Origin: an uncultured Lachnospiraceae bacterium | GTDB taxonomy: Bacteria > Bacillota > Clostridia > Christensenellales > UBA1242 | Assembly (NCBI GenBank): GCA_964416085.1 | Contig: CAYQCO010000001.1 | Location: 3,424 to 67,423 of the forward strand | Reading direction: 5' to 3' | Length of the DNA stretch: 64,000 nt | In this document: one piece after another, positions 53,863 through 62,680 of the stretch | How positions within the stretch are numbered: the stretch's first letter is position 1 | Layout of the letters: each line of letters opens with the position of its first letter | Notes under the pieces: model-generated | The model's input: the letters and a program-made list of their open reading frames with translations, nothing else | What the model was told of the DNA's origin: nothing | Databases searched by the model: none | Translations under genes and position numbers: made by a program

Positions 53863-54096
53863 ATGGCATTAATTAATTGTCCTGAATGTGGACATCAAGT
53901 ATCAAACACTGCAAAAAGTTGTCCAAATTGCGGAACCCCAATCGACACCGCAATGCACTGTCCAAAATGCGGAAGCACTAATGTCAAAACTATTAGCGGT
54001 GCAAGCAAAGTGGTTTCTATTTGGGCTTGGGGAATATTCTCCGCCAACAAAGTTTTGAGTAAATTCCAATGCAAAGATTGCAAATTTAAATTTTAA
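53863..54096 (+). CDS. zinc-ribbon domain protein
   Basis: Strong SD AAGGAGG lies before ATG 53863. There are three CxxC-type pairs: CPECG..CPNCG, CPKCG and CKDC. Confidence 0.65.
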   Translation: MALINCPECGHQVSNTAKSCPNCGTPIDTAMHCPKCGSTNVKTISGASKVVSIWAWGIFSANKVLSKFQCKDCKFKF

Positions 54097-54143
54097 AACT
54101 TAAAACATCTTTTCAAATTGAATTTTGTGTGATATAATAAGGT

Positions 54144-54587
54144 ATGAATTATATTGAAGAATGTATTAAGGAAGCGGAAAAAGCAGGCAAAAAAAATGAA
54201 GTGCCAATCGGAGCCATAATTGTAAAAAACGGCAAAATTATTGCACGTGGACACAACAAGCGAGAGCATAGTCAAAATGCACTTCATCACGCTGAGATTG
54301 TGGCTATCAACAAGGCGTGTAGAAAACTTAAAAGTTGGCGACTTGACGGATGTGAGATGTTTGTAAGTCTTGAACCTTGCCCAATGTGTGCAGGCGCAAT
54401 TTTAAACTCACGACTTGAAAAAGTGACAGTGCTGTGTCTTGACGAAAATCACGGAGCAGTGTTTAGCAAATATCACCTGCTTTCTGACAATGTATTAAAT
54501 CACACAACACAGATTGAATTGGTTGAAAACAGCCAAGCAAAAAGTCTTGTTCAATCATTTTTTAAAAATATTCGAAAAAAGAAATAA
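54144..54587 (+). CDS. tadA: tRNA-specific adenosine deaminase
   Basis: HAEIVAI and PCPMCAGA deaminase motifs. TGaTATAAT at 54130-54138 lies 5 nt before the ATG. Confidence 0.85.
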   Translation: MNYIEECIKEAEKAGKKNEVPIGAIIVKNGKIIARGHNKREHSQNALHHAEIVAINKACRKLKSWRLDGCEMFVSLEPCPMCAGAILNSRLEKVTVLCLDENHGAVFSKYHLLSDNVLNHTTQIELVENSQAKSLVQSFFKNIRKKK

Positions 54588-54623
54588 TATTTAAAGAATT
54601 AAAAAAATTGATAAGCAAAGTTG

Positions 54624-54654
54624 AAAAAATAGGAAGAAAAATCTTCCTATTTTT
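54624..54654. terminator. bidirectional terminator (tadA / glycosyl-phosphate transferase convergent)
   Basis: 9-bp stem ataggaaga / tcttcctat with loop aaaa. Flanked by A and T runs. Confidence 0.75.
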
Positions 54655-56182
54655 ATTTTGCACCATCACGTTTTAAGACAACTGCAATAGTTTTGAAAAA
54701 TATTTTTATATCAAGTTTTATGCTTGCATTTTGCGGATAATAAATATACATCTTTTGTCTTTCGCCTGACAAGAATGTCACATTGCTTCGACCATATGCT
54801 TGCCAATAACCAGTTAGACCTGGCTGCATACTATCCAGCAGTTTCTTTTGTTCGTCATCAAAATATGTATCATATTCAAGTTTGCTCAGTGGTCGGTTGC
54901 CAACTATTGACAAATCGCCCTTCAAAATATTGAATAATTGTGGCAGTTCGTCAAGACTTGTTTTTCTAATAAACTTGCCAACTTTGGTTATTCTTGGGTC
55001 ATTGTCGACCTTACGTTCTTTTTTCCACATTTCGAGTTGTTCTTTGGTGAGATATTGTTCAAGCCTTGCTTCTGCATCCTGATACATTGACCTAAACTTT
55101 AAGACAGTGATTGTTTTTCCGTCTTTTCCTATTCGCTTGTCTTTAAAGAACACTGGACCTTTGGAAGTGGTTTTTATCAAAATCGCAACCACAATCATAG
55201 GAACTGACGCCACAACAAGACCAATCAACGACACAACGACATCAAACATTCTCTTCAAAATCAAATAATATCCAAACTTCAACTTGTCCTTGTCATCCAA
55301 ATGCTCAACAGTCAAATTGTCGCCACTAGACAACACTCCAAATGCGAGCAACAAGCCTGCTGGGATAAACTCAACAAAGGCCGACAACAAAATTGCAGCC
55401 GCCAAAATCCAATAATTTCTGTTGACATTTTGCTTGAACATATTTTTCAACAATCCCAGCAACAACAAAACTGCAATCGCAATCCCCACAAGTCCAAAAT
55501 TGCACAACAACATTATATACAAGTTGTCCGTTTCAACTCCTGAATGTTGTCCAAACACCAATCTAGGAATGGTCGAAAATGCTTTTTTGAGTTGGTCAAC
55601 AAAGTCTAGCCCAGAAATTTTTATTACATAAAAGTCTTCAAAAATAGACCTTAGCGACCCATTCAACATTTCTGTCAACCTAAACACACACAGCAAAACC
55701 GCTGACAAGACAAAACCACAAACTATATATGTTGCAAGTTTTTTTAGATTGATTTTGCCATAAGAAAATCCAACAAACACAACCGCACAGAGCAATGCAA
55801 GGATAGTAAAATAAATCGCTGGATAAAATGCCTTAAACACAATAGATTTTATGAGTGGTGCGACAACTGCATACAAAATTGAAAATACAACAAATAGTTT
55901 CATCCAACCGCCAGGTCGCCTTTCACTCAAAGCAAATACCTTGACCGACAAAACAAACATTGCCAAAAAATATGCAAAAGCGGTCAGCCAACTATATTCA
56001 AAAAGATGTGCAAAACACAGAGAAAATGCTATAAAAATAAATCCGTCTTGTGTGCTCAACAAAACTGCTGCAAATATCAAAAAGACCATCGCAACGATTT
56101 TCATTGGAGTGTTTAACACCGCCAAAATCGACAATGCCAAAAATATTATTGACAAGCACAACAGTTTATTCTTTTGTCTCAT
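54653..56182 (-). CDS. polyprenyl-phosphate sugar phosphotransferase fused to a large polytopic N-terminal domain
   Basis: The C-terminal bacterial sugar-transferase domain reads KRMFDVVVSLIGL..., VLKFRSM, DPRITKVGKFIRKTSLDELPQLFNILKGDLSIVGNRP. About 300 N-terminal residues form many TM helices. Start trimmed to ATG 56182, after GAAGGTGA. Confidence 0.75.
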   Translation of the reverse strand: MRQKNKLLCLSIIFLALSILAVLNTPMKIVAMVFLIFAAVLLSTQDGFIFIAFSLCFAHLFEYSWLTAFAYFLAMFVLSVKVFALSERRPGGWMKLFVVFSILYAVVAPLIKSIVFKAFYPAIYFTILALLCAVVFVGFSYGKINLKKLATYIVCGFVLSAVLLCVFRLTEMLNGSLRSIFEDFYVIKISGLDFVDQLKKAFSTIPRLVFGQHSGVETDNLYIMLLCNFGLVGIAIAVLLLLGLLKNMFKQNVNRNYWILAAAILLSAFVEFIPAGLLLAFGVLSSGDNLTVEHLDDKDKLKFGYYLILKRMFDVVVSLIGLVVASVPMIVVAILIKTTSKGPVFFKDKRIGKDGKTITVLKFRSMYQDAEARLEQYLTKEQLEMWKKERKVDNDPRITKVGKFIRKTSLDELPQLFNILKGDLSIVGNRPLSKLEYDTYFDDEQKKLLDSMQPGLTGYWQAYGRSNVTFLSGERQKMYIYYPQNASIKLDIKIFFKTIAVVLKRDGAK

Positions 56183-56236
56183 AATTTCACCTTCGCTCAA
56201 TTATACCAAGAGTTGGCTGTTTAGTCAATATTAAAT

Positions 56237-57751
56237 CTAGTTTTTGGCCGAAATTAAGGATTTTATTTCTTTTTTATCAAAGATTTTGGTCTTGACAAGC
56301 ACTAGCAAATACACCACAATCGACAACATCGCAATCAAAACAAAAGTCAAATTGTTGAGACCAACCAATGCGAGCACAAGTGACAAAGCAAGCGAAATTG
56401 TTGAAGCGAGCAAAATTTTTAGGACATCCAACAGTTTTATGAGTTTGATATTTTCTCTTGTCAACACATAAAAATTCAATATCATAATCGCCAAATTTCC
56501 CAAAACGGAAGATAGCCCAAATGACACAATATTCAAACTTGGATACGGAATAAAAATTGTTTCCAAAACGAGTTTGATGACAGCACCAAAAACACTATTC
56601 ATAATTGGCAAATATCTCACATTTCTGGATTGCAAGCACATTGCAAAAAGCGTAGCCAGACAAGAAAACACAATATTGGCCGATGACACAATCAAAAGTT
56701 TTGAAGAAATAACTTGTCCGTTCATATTAAAAGCATTGAGATTTCCGCCATAAATCAGCCCTATTATATTTTGCGGATAAACAATCAAAAACAAAACGCA
56801 AGGAATTGTGATTGCCAAAACACACTTGAATGCAAGTTGAAATTTCCTTTCGAATGACCTTTCATTTCCGCCAGCAAAATCTTTTGTAAGACTTGGCACC
56901 AGCACACTCACTATTGCAAAAGTTATTGTCGCAGGCAAATTACACAATGTTCCCACCACTCCTGTTTGCAGACCATACAAATAGACCGATTCGCTTGGCG
57001 AAAAAGTCTTGTTGAGCAGTCTCACCACCAAAAAACTGTCAATAAGATTGGTGAGTGGCAACACAAGACCAGTAAGCATTATGGGTAAAACATTTTTGAC
57101 CAATTTTTGAAAATAAAACTTTATATCGACAAATGTTATGGAGCCAGCAGTTCCCCCTTTTTTCATATTCCTTAAAACTACAAATGCAACCAACTCGCCA
57201 ACCACTATTGCCAAAATTGCAAATATTATTTGCCAAAACGAAGCGCTCACAAACAGTGCAATTATTCCAATACCAACCACAATTTTTGCAATTTGTTCAA
57301 GGATATTTGAAATTGCGGTAGGCTTGAAATTTCCAACAGCTTGAAAATATCCTTTGTATACAGCCGAAAGAGATGACAGCACAACTGCTGGTGTAAGTAG
57401 AATATAAACTACCCAATATCTTCCGTTGCCGTGCCCATTGGCAAAGACTTTTGATAGTAATGCAAGCATACTTGCCAGCACACAAGAATAGACCAAAAAA
57501 ATAATTTTGGTTGATTTAAAAGCCTTTTCCTTGTCGTCAATATTGGCAAGCATTTTGCTCACCCCCAAAGGCACTCCAACACTTGTCAGGACAATCACAA
57601 AAGAATACACAGGCAACAGTTGTTGATAAACGCCAATATTTTGTCCACCAATAATATTCGTTAAAATTATTTTGTAAATCCCACCAAACAACTTAGCAAC
57701 CAAATTGCCAACCGCCAGCCAAGTAAAACCTTTTAAAAAACTATTTTTCAT
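56237..57751 (-). CDS. MOP-superfamily polysaccharide/lipid II flippase (SpoVB/YabM/MurJ-like)
   Basis: 504 aa with about 14 TM helices. The N-terminus FLKGFTWLAVGNLVAKLFGGIYKIILTNIIG is typical of the family. Confidence 0.65.
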   Translation of the reverse strand: MKNSFLKGFTWLAVGNLVAKLFGGIYKIILTNIIGGQNIGVYQQLLPVYSFVIVLTSVGVPLGVSKMLANIDDKEKAFKSTKIIFLVYSCVLASMLALLSKVFANGHGNGRYWVVYILLTPAVVLSSLSAVYKGYFQAVGNFKPTAISNILEQIAKIVVGIGIIALFVSASFWQIIFAILAIVVGELVAFVVLRNMKKGGTAGSITFVDIKFYFQKLVKNVLPIMLTGLVLPLTNLIDSFLVVRLLNKTFSPSESVYLYGLQTGVVGTLCNLPATITFAIVSVLVPSLTKDFAGGNERSFERKFQLAFKCVLAITIPCVLFLIVYPQNIIGLIYGGNLNAFNMNGQVISSKLLIVSSANIVFSCLATLFAMCLQSRNVRYLPIMNSVFGAVIKLVLETIFIPYPSLNIVSFGLSSVLGNLAIMILNFYVLTRENIKLIKLLDVLKILLASTISLALSLVLALVGLNNLTFVLIAMLSIVVYLLVLVKTKIFDKKEIKSLISAKN

Positions 57752-58113
57752 TTTTGTTCACCCATTATATATTTTTTATTAAAATTAAATTTTTATTTAA
57801 AAAATAATTAATTTTATTACAAAATACTATTTTTAAGTGTTTTTATTAATTAAAATATTTAAATAATATTTTTTGATTTATTTTTAATTAATTTTTTGTT
57901 TAATTAAATTTATACAATTTATTTTTTAATTTTATTAATAATATTTTAATTATTTTTGTTTTTAATTATTTTGAGTGATATATTATTGATTAGTTTTAAT
58001 TTTATCAATTTATTTTGTTTGATTATTTTTGTAAATTTTATCAAAACTATTTTTTGCAATTTGCTTTATTTTATTTATTAGATTATAATACTAATATAAT
58101 AATTGGAGAAAAA

Positions 58114-59040
58114 ATGAAAAAATTATTTGACAAATTTGTTATTGCATTAGCACCTATGGCAGGAGTTACGGATTTCGCTTTTAGAAAAATCTGTGCCGAC
58201 TTTGGTGCAGATATGGTTGTGACCGAAATGATTAGTGCCAAGGCATTTGAGCACGACAGCAAAAAGACAATCAAAATGCTTTTTGAAGCAAAGCACAATG
58301 CAAAAAAATGCGTGCAACTTTTTGGGCACGAAATTGAGCCTATTGAAAACATAATAAAAAGCGGTGCGCTTGATGACTTTGATATTATTGACCTAAATTG
58401 CGGTTGTCCAGCGCCAAAGATAGTAAAAAATCACGAAGGCAGTTTTTTGATGCAAGACATTGACAATGCAGAAAAAATCATCACAGCAATTAGAAATGCG
58501 ACTAACAAGCCTATCTCGGTAAAATTTAGGCTTGGAATTAACGGACACAACAACTATATTGAATTTGGCAAAATGTGTGAAAGATGTGGTGTGGATTTTG
58601 TCACTCTTCACGCTAGGACTCGTGAACAACAATACGCTGGAACGGTCGACAAATCCGCCTACAAACAATTGGTAGATAGCCTTAATATTCCAGTCTTTTG
58701 GAGCGGAGATATTTTGACAAAAGAAGATGTTGAATACGCCAAATCCGTTGGTTGTGCTGGGGTTATGATTGCACGTGGGGCTTTGGGCTCACCAGAAATT
58801 TTTGCCAACTTAAAGGGACAAAAATTGCCTTATTCAAAAAAAGAAGCGGTCAAACTCCACTTCAATTTGATGAGAGAATATTTAAAAAACGACAAGGTGT
58901 GTTTCAATTATTTCAAAAAACACCTTGCTTGGTATATGAAAAATCTAAAAAATGCCAGTGAACTAAAACGTCAAGCGGTCAGTGTCACCAGCATTGAAGA
59001 AACAATGAATTTGATAGACAATTTGCCAGAAGATTTGTAA
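58114..59040 (+). CDS. dusB: tRNA-dihydrouridine synthase
   Basis: SD GGAGAA. LAPMAGVTDFAFR and DLNCGCPAPKI motifs. Start trimmed to ATG 58114. Confidence 0.85.
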   Translation: MKKLFDKFVIALAPMAGVTDFAFRKICADFGADMVVTEMISAKAFEHDSKKTIKMLFEAKHNAKKCVQLFGHEIEPIENIIKSGALDDFDIIDLNCGCPAPKIVKNHEGSFLMQDIDNAEKIITAIRNATNKPISVKFRLGINGHNNYIEFGKMCERCGVDFVTLHARTREQQYAGTVDKSAYKQLVDSLNIPVFWSGDILTKEDVEYAKSVGCAGVMIARGALGSPEIFANLKGQKLPYSKKEAVKLHFNLMREYLKNDKVCFNYFKKHLAWYMKNLKNASELKRQAVSVTSIEETMNLIDNLPEDL

Positions 59041-59087
59041 GATTTTGTTTTTTCAATCGCATTATTCTACCTTGTCACATCGAAATT

Positions 59088-59345
59088 TTGTGCAACAAAA
59101 TTGAGTATGTCTGGCCTGTGGTTTATTATCGCACATTTTATTGATTGTATCAAACTATCAGCCAGATACACTCGCTTTGCTCGGTATGACACCCCACTTT
59201 GTCATACCAACGGTTGACCTTGCGAAGCACGTCAACTGTTGTGTATCTGGTTTATGATTTGGCAAGTGCATTTTGAATAGACTTGCTAAACTTTCAGCCA
59301 GATACGCAACATTTTGCTAACCGCAAAATATTGGTATGACAAATT
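59088..59345. other. structured non-coding element with nested inverted and direct repeats (candidate MITE, recombination site or ncRNA)
   Basis: The GCCAGATAC motif occurs four times in alternating orientation: 59107-59117 (reverse, 1-nt insertion), 59161-59169 (forward), 59242-59250 (reverse, as gtatctggt, one mismatch) and 59297-59305 (forward). ggtatgaca occurs at 59183 and 59333. A three-way junction is predicted at 59151-59260. Confidence 0.45.
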
Positions 59346-59355
59346 GGTTGCAAGT

Positions 59356-59883
59356 TCATTTTATTACGCAAGTAATAAAGTGCGCAAAGGCCTTACAGAT
59401 TTTTGACACATCATCGTCAAAGCATTTGTTTTCGGTCGCAAGCACAATAATTGAGCCAAGCAAATCTTCTTCTTTGACAATAGGAGCAATAAGTTGACAA
59501 CAAAAATCCGTTTCCAAGTCGTCAAAAATATCAACCATTGTGCTGCCGTCGTCAATCTTTTTTATCACAATATCTCGCTTGTAAACCAGTTCTATTGTGC
59601 TGGGATTTAAACTTTTGGCGAGATATTTTTTCTTGGTCGAAGCGATGACTTTTTCCTTGTCGCAAAGGATAATGTCGTGCTCAATCACACTAGAAAGCGC
59701 GGACATAATGCAAGCACCCCATTCACGCAAAGTGCTCATTGGAGAGTATTTGGTGAAAGTTATTTTTTCTTTTTCTACCCCTAGTTCCACTTTTTCGCCT
59801 TCTTTAATATTCAACATTTTTCTTATTTCTCTTGGGATTGCAACTCGCCCAAGGTTGTCAATACTCAAAATTAAATCATCCAT
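59356..59883 (-). CDS. spoVT: stage V sporulation protein T (AbrB-type N-terminus plus GAF-like C-terminus)
   Basis: IDNLGRVAIPREIRKMLNIKEGEKVEL is the AbrB swapped-hairpin segment. KYSPMSTL...IILCDKEKVIAS...LIAPIV..EDLLGSIIVL parallels B. subtilis SpoVT. Confidence 0.8.
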   Translation of the reverse strand: MDDLILSIDNLGRVAIPREIRKMLNIKEGEKVELGVEKEKITFTKYSPMSTLREWGACIMSALSSVIEHDIILCDKEKVIASTKKKYLAKSLNPSTIELVYKRDIVIKKIDDGSTMVDIFDDLETDFCCQLIAPIVKEEDLLGSIIVLATENKCFDDDVSKICKAFAHFITCVIK

Positions 59884-59926
59884 AAAAAAACCTCTTAACT
59901 AAGTTTTTCCAGTTAAGAGATTTTTA
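59884..59926 (-). terminator. rho-independent terminator after the VirB4-like gene, overlapping the spoVT SD
   Basis: Perfect 9-bp stem ctcttaact / agttaagag (59892-59900 / 59911-59919). On the minus strand the 3' arm contains AAGAGG and is followed by T7, then ATG 59883. Confidence 0.75.
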
Positions 59927-59932
59927 TTCTTG

Positions 59933-62656
59933 CTAGCCTTCGCCCATCAAATAACGGACATTTGGAAGTGCTTGAATGTCCACAAATTGCCTTGATGTAG
60001 GCCCAGTGATAAGGAAGCATCGGCCGGTTGGAGCAGTGACAATTCCGTCTTGCTCTTGTTGGTTGATACCGCCGGCTGATGAATAAAGTTTCAACAAGTC
60101 GCTCATATCATTTGGCGCAAGTTGGAAAATCAAACTATATTGGCTTGCGTTGATAATTGCGGCTGACCTACGCTGAATTTCCACCGTTCCCAAAAAGTCT
60201 TTGATGTTTTGTGTAATAACGATTTGCATTCCTTGATATTTACGGATACGCTTGGCCATTTCTGCCATAAAGTTAAGCGCGACAGGATAATCTGGGTCAA
60301 TAAACATATGCGCTTCGTCAACCGCCAAAACAACTTGACGTTTGATGTCGATGCCATATTCTTTTTTATACATTTCATTAAACTTTTTGTTGTTGATGAT
60401 TTCGTTGGTCAAATATTTAAAGACCAAAATCATTTGTGCATTGGCAAGACGGTCGTTTTTTGCTGCAAACAATGTTTGGAAGTTGAACGTAATCAAGTTT
60501 TCGTCAGTTGCAATAGTTGTTGGGCCGTTCCAAAGGTCTGAGTTTCGTCCGCCTGTTGCAAATTTTTGAATATAGGTTTGAAGCATTTGAAGATTTTGAC
60601 GATAATATGCGTCTTTTTCTTTTTTGAGTCTGTCACAGATAAGATTGTAAAGGTCATCAAAAATTGGATAATCTTCTGCTTTGAGTTTTATTAGGTCAGT
60701 GTTTTGGTCAATGCCTTTTTCGTGATAAAGGTCAACAATCAAAGTGTTGAGCATTTCAAACGCGTCAGAACTGATACCTTCAAGAATAACTCTAAAAAAC
60801 TGTTCCAAGAATTGCAGATAAGTGAAGAATGTCTTGTTGGATGATGCTTTTACCACATCGTCAATATTAAACTCGTCATTGGCGTCTTGGTTGACAGCAT
60901 CAAGGTCTTCAAGTGACATCATTATGTGGAATGGATTGATAATACCCATTGTGTTGGTTCCTACGTCAATAATCTTTCCACCAAGATTTCTTGTCATTGT
61001 TTCATACTCGCTTTCTGGGTCAAGAATAAACATTTTTGTTCTGTCGGCAGCAAGGTTTGTAAGCATTGTTTTTGTTGCATAGGATTTTCCTGAACCGGAT
61101 TTTCCAATAATCATCATATTACTGTTGATACGTCCAGCACGTCTGTCACGAGCAAAGAAGTCAGCAAAGACAGGATATCCCGAACTTGACGAGCCCAAAT
61201 AAAATCCATTTGGGTCTTGCATATATGATGCAACAAACGGGAAAGACGCAGCAATAGTGGTTGTTGGCATATTTCTTGACAAGTTTTTCAACTTTTCAAG
61301 ACTAGACACGTTGGAACTAACAAAAGCATCAACTTGTCGCCCAAACATATCGCTTGACCTAAACCCATTTTGTTTAAGGATTGTTTTCAACTCTTTTCTT
61401 TGTTCAGCAAGCACAGTAAAGTGAATGTTAACATCGTATAGTTGCTCATTGTTGGCTTTCAATTCTTGCAAAAGAATACGCAAACTGTCCAAATCTTGTT
61501 GCTGTTCAAGACGTTTGGATTCTGTATATGTTCTTTCAAGTTTTAGTTCTCTTTCCATAATAACTTTGTCAATGGTTCGCTCGCCCTTTTCTTTGTCAAT
61601 AGGGGTCATTTTCATACAAACCCTTGTGCCAGGGAGAGAGAATATATTGGCAGCCCAAGCATTGCCAACTGCCACTGGATAATCAGTTATGGACACTTGC
61701 TTAAACTCATTTTTGTTCAAAATCATTTTGGACACACCAAACTCAATTTTGCTTGGATAAATCCAGTTCATATAACTTGATTGTGGCATATTGTCAACTT
61801 CTTTTTCGTCAAAGACTTCGTCATAGTTAGACTTCAAGAATGACACCAAATCTCCACCTTCAAGCACATTGGCAATAATAGTTGTTTGCCCACTGCCAAG
61901 GTCACTCACAATTCCTTTTGCAGTGTCTTCAAGCCCTTGCTTGTCCGTTCCGCAAATAAGCATATAAAAGTGGTCTTGCAAAACAGGTTCGGCCTTGATA
62001 GCATTTTGAAGAGCAGCAACACGCTCCCTAAAAATCTCACTACGAGAATTCATCTCATCGTCAGTGTATTGCCCACGAGCATAAAGTTGGTTCAAAAGTT
62101 CAAATTTTTTGTCATCACTTTGAAGAAAGATGTCGAAACGCATTGGCTTTCTGGTCTTGATTATGGATATGGTTTGATAAGGTGTAAGTCGTCTAAGCGC
62201 ATTGGCAACAGTGTTGATACACCTGTCTTGTGCCTCAACTTGCATAAGTTCCAGCGCAATAGGTTGAACTTCAACAACCATACCAGAATAAGTTTGAAAA
62301 TTGATATATTTTCCCAATTCGATACCAACAAATGGCATAATTTCTTGCATTGGTCGATATTTTTTGGTCTTTTTGTTGGTCTTGCCTTTGATGTATTTTT
62401 TTCTGTAAGCAGCAAACTTAATAAGCAAAATCAAACTGCTATACACTCTCAGTCCGTCTTCAATAGGAATAAACAAACTGATACAAACAGACGCCCAGCC
62501 AATCAGCCACCACCATTTGTAAGAACCAAACAAGTTGCTAAAAAGTATGACAGCCCCAACAACAAGCCCCAAAAAGATCATAAGAATATCGCCAAGAGTG
62601 ATATTCTTGGCAAATTCAACTTTTATTCTTGTTTTGCTAGGTATATACCTAATCAT
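59933..62656 (-). CDS. type IV secretion/conjugation ATPase, VirB4/TrsE family with N-terminal VirB3/PrgI-like TM domain
   Basis: 907 aa. The N-terminus has two TM helices. Walker A is IIGKSGSGKSYATK and Walker B is VVLAVDEAHMFIDP. SD AGGAGA. Confidence 0.75.
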   Translation of the reverse strand: MIRYIPSKTRIKVEFAKNITLGDILMIFLGLVVGAVILFSNLFGSYKWWWLIGWASVCISLFIPIEDGLRVYSSLILLIKFAAYRKKYIKGKTNKKTKKYRPMQEIMPFVGIELGKYINFQTYSGMVVEVQPIALELMQVEAQDRCINTVANALRRLTPYQTISIIKTRKPMRFDIFLQSDDKKFELLNQLYARGQYTDDEMNSRSEIFRERVAALQNAIKAEPVLQDHFYMLICGTDKQGLEDTAKGIVSDLGSGQTTIIANVLEGGDLVSFLKSNYDEVFDEKEVDNMPQSSYMNWIYPSKIEFGVSKMILNKNEFKQVSITDYPVAVGNAWAANIFSLPGTRVCMKMTPIDKEKGERTIDKVIMERELKLERTYTESKRLEQQQDLDSLRILLQELKANNEQLYDVNIHFTVLAEQRKELKTILKQNGFRSSDMFGRQVDAFVSSNVSSLEKLKNLSRNMPTTTIAASFPFVASYMQDPNGFYLGSSSSGYPVFADFFARDRRAGRINSNMMIIGKSGSGKSYATKTMLTNLAADRTKMFILDPESEYETMTRNLGGKIIDVGTNTMGIINPFHIMMSLEDLDAVNQDANDEFNIDDVVKASSNKTFFTYLQFLEQFFRVILEGISSDAFEMLNTLIVDLYHEKGIDQNTDLIKLKAEDYPIFDDLYNLICDRLKKEKDAYYRQNLQMLQTYIQKFATGGRNSDLWNGPTTIATDENLITFNFQTLFAAKNDRLANAQMILVFKYLTNEIINNKKFNEMYKKEYGIDIKRQVVLAVDEAHMFIDPDYPVALNFMAEMAKRIRKYQGMQIVITQNIKDFLGTVEIQRRSAAIINASQYSLIFQLAPNDMSDLLKLYSSAGGINQQEQDGIVTAPTGRCFLITGPTSRQFVDIQALPNVRYLMGEG

Positions 62657-62680
62657 ATTTTATCTCCTATTTTATTGGGT

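Noticed and set aside
59041-59355. Assigning the structured element to a known RNA class (tRNA, hammerhead or twister ribozyme, T-box, 6S, tmRNA, RNase P) or to a 36-aa ORF starting at 59107.
   Set aside because: No conserved cores were found (no CUGAUGA/GAAA, T-loop GGTTCGA, T-box AGGGTGG-like box or GAGGAAAGTCC). The small ORF lacks an SD. The element is therefore left unclassified, not named.
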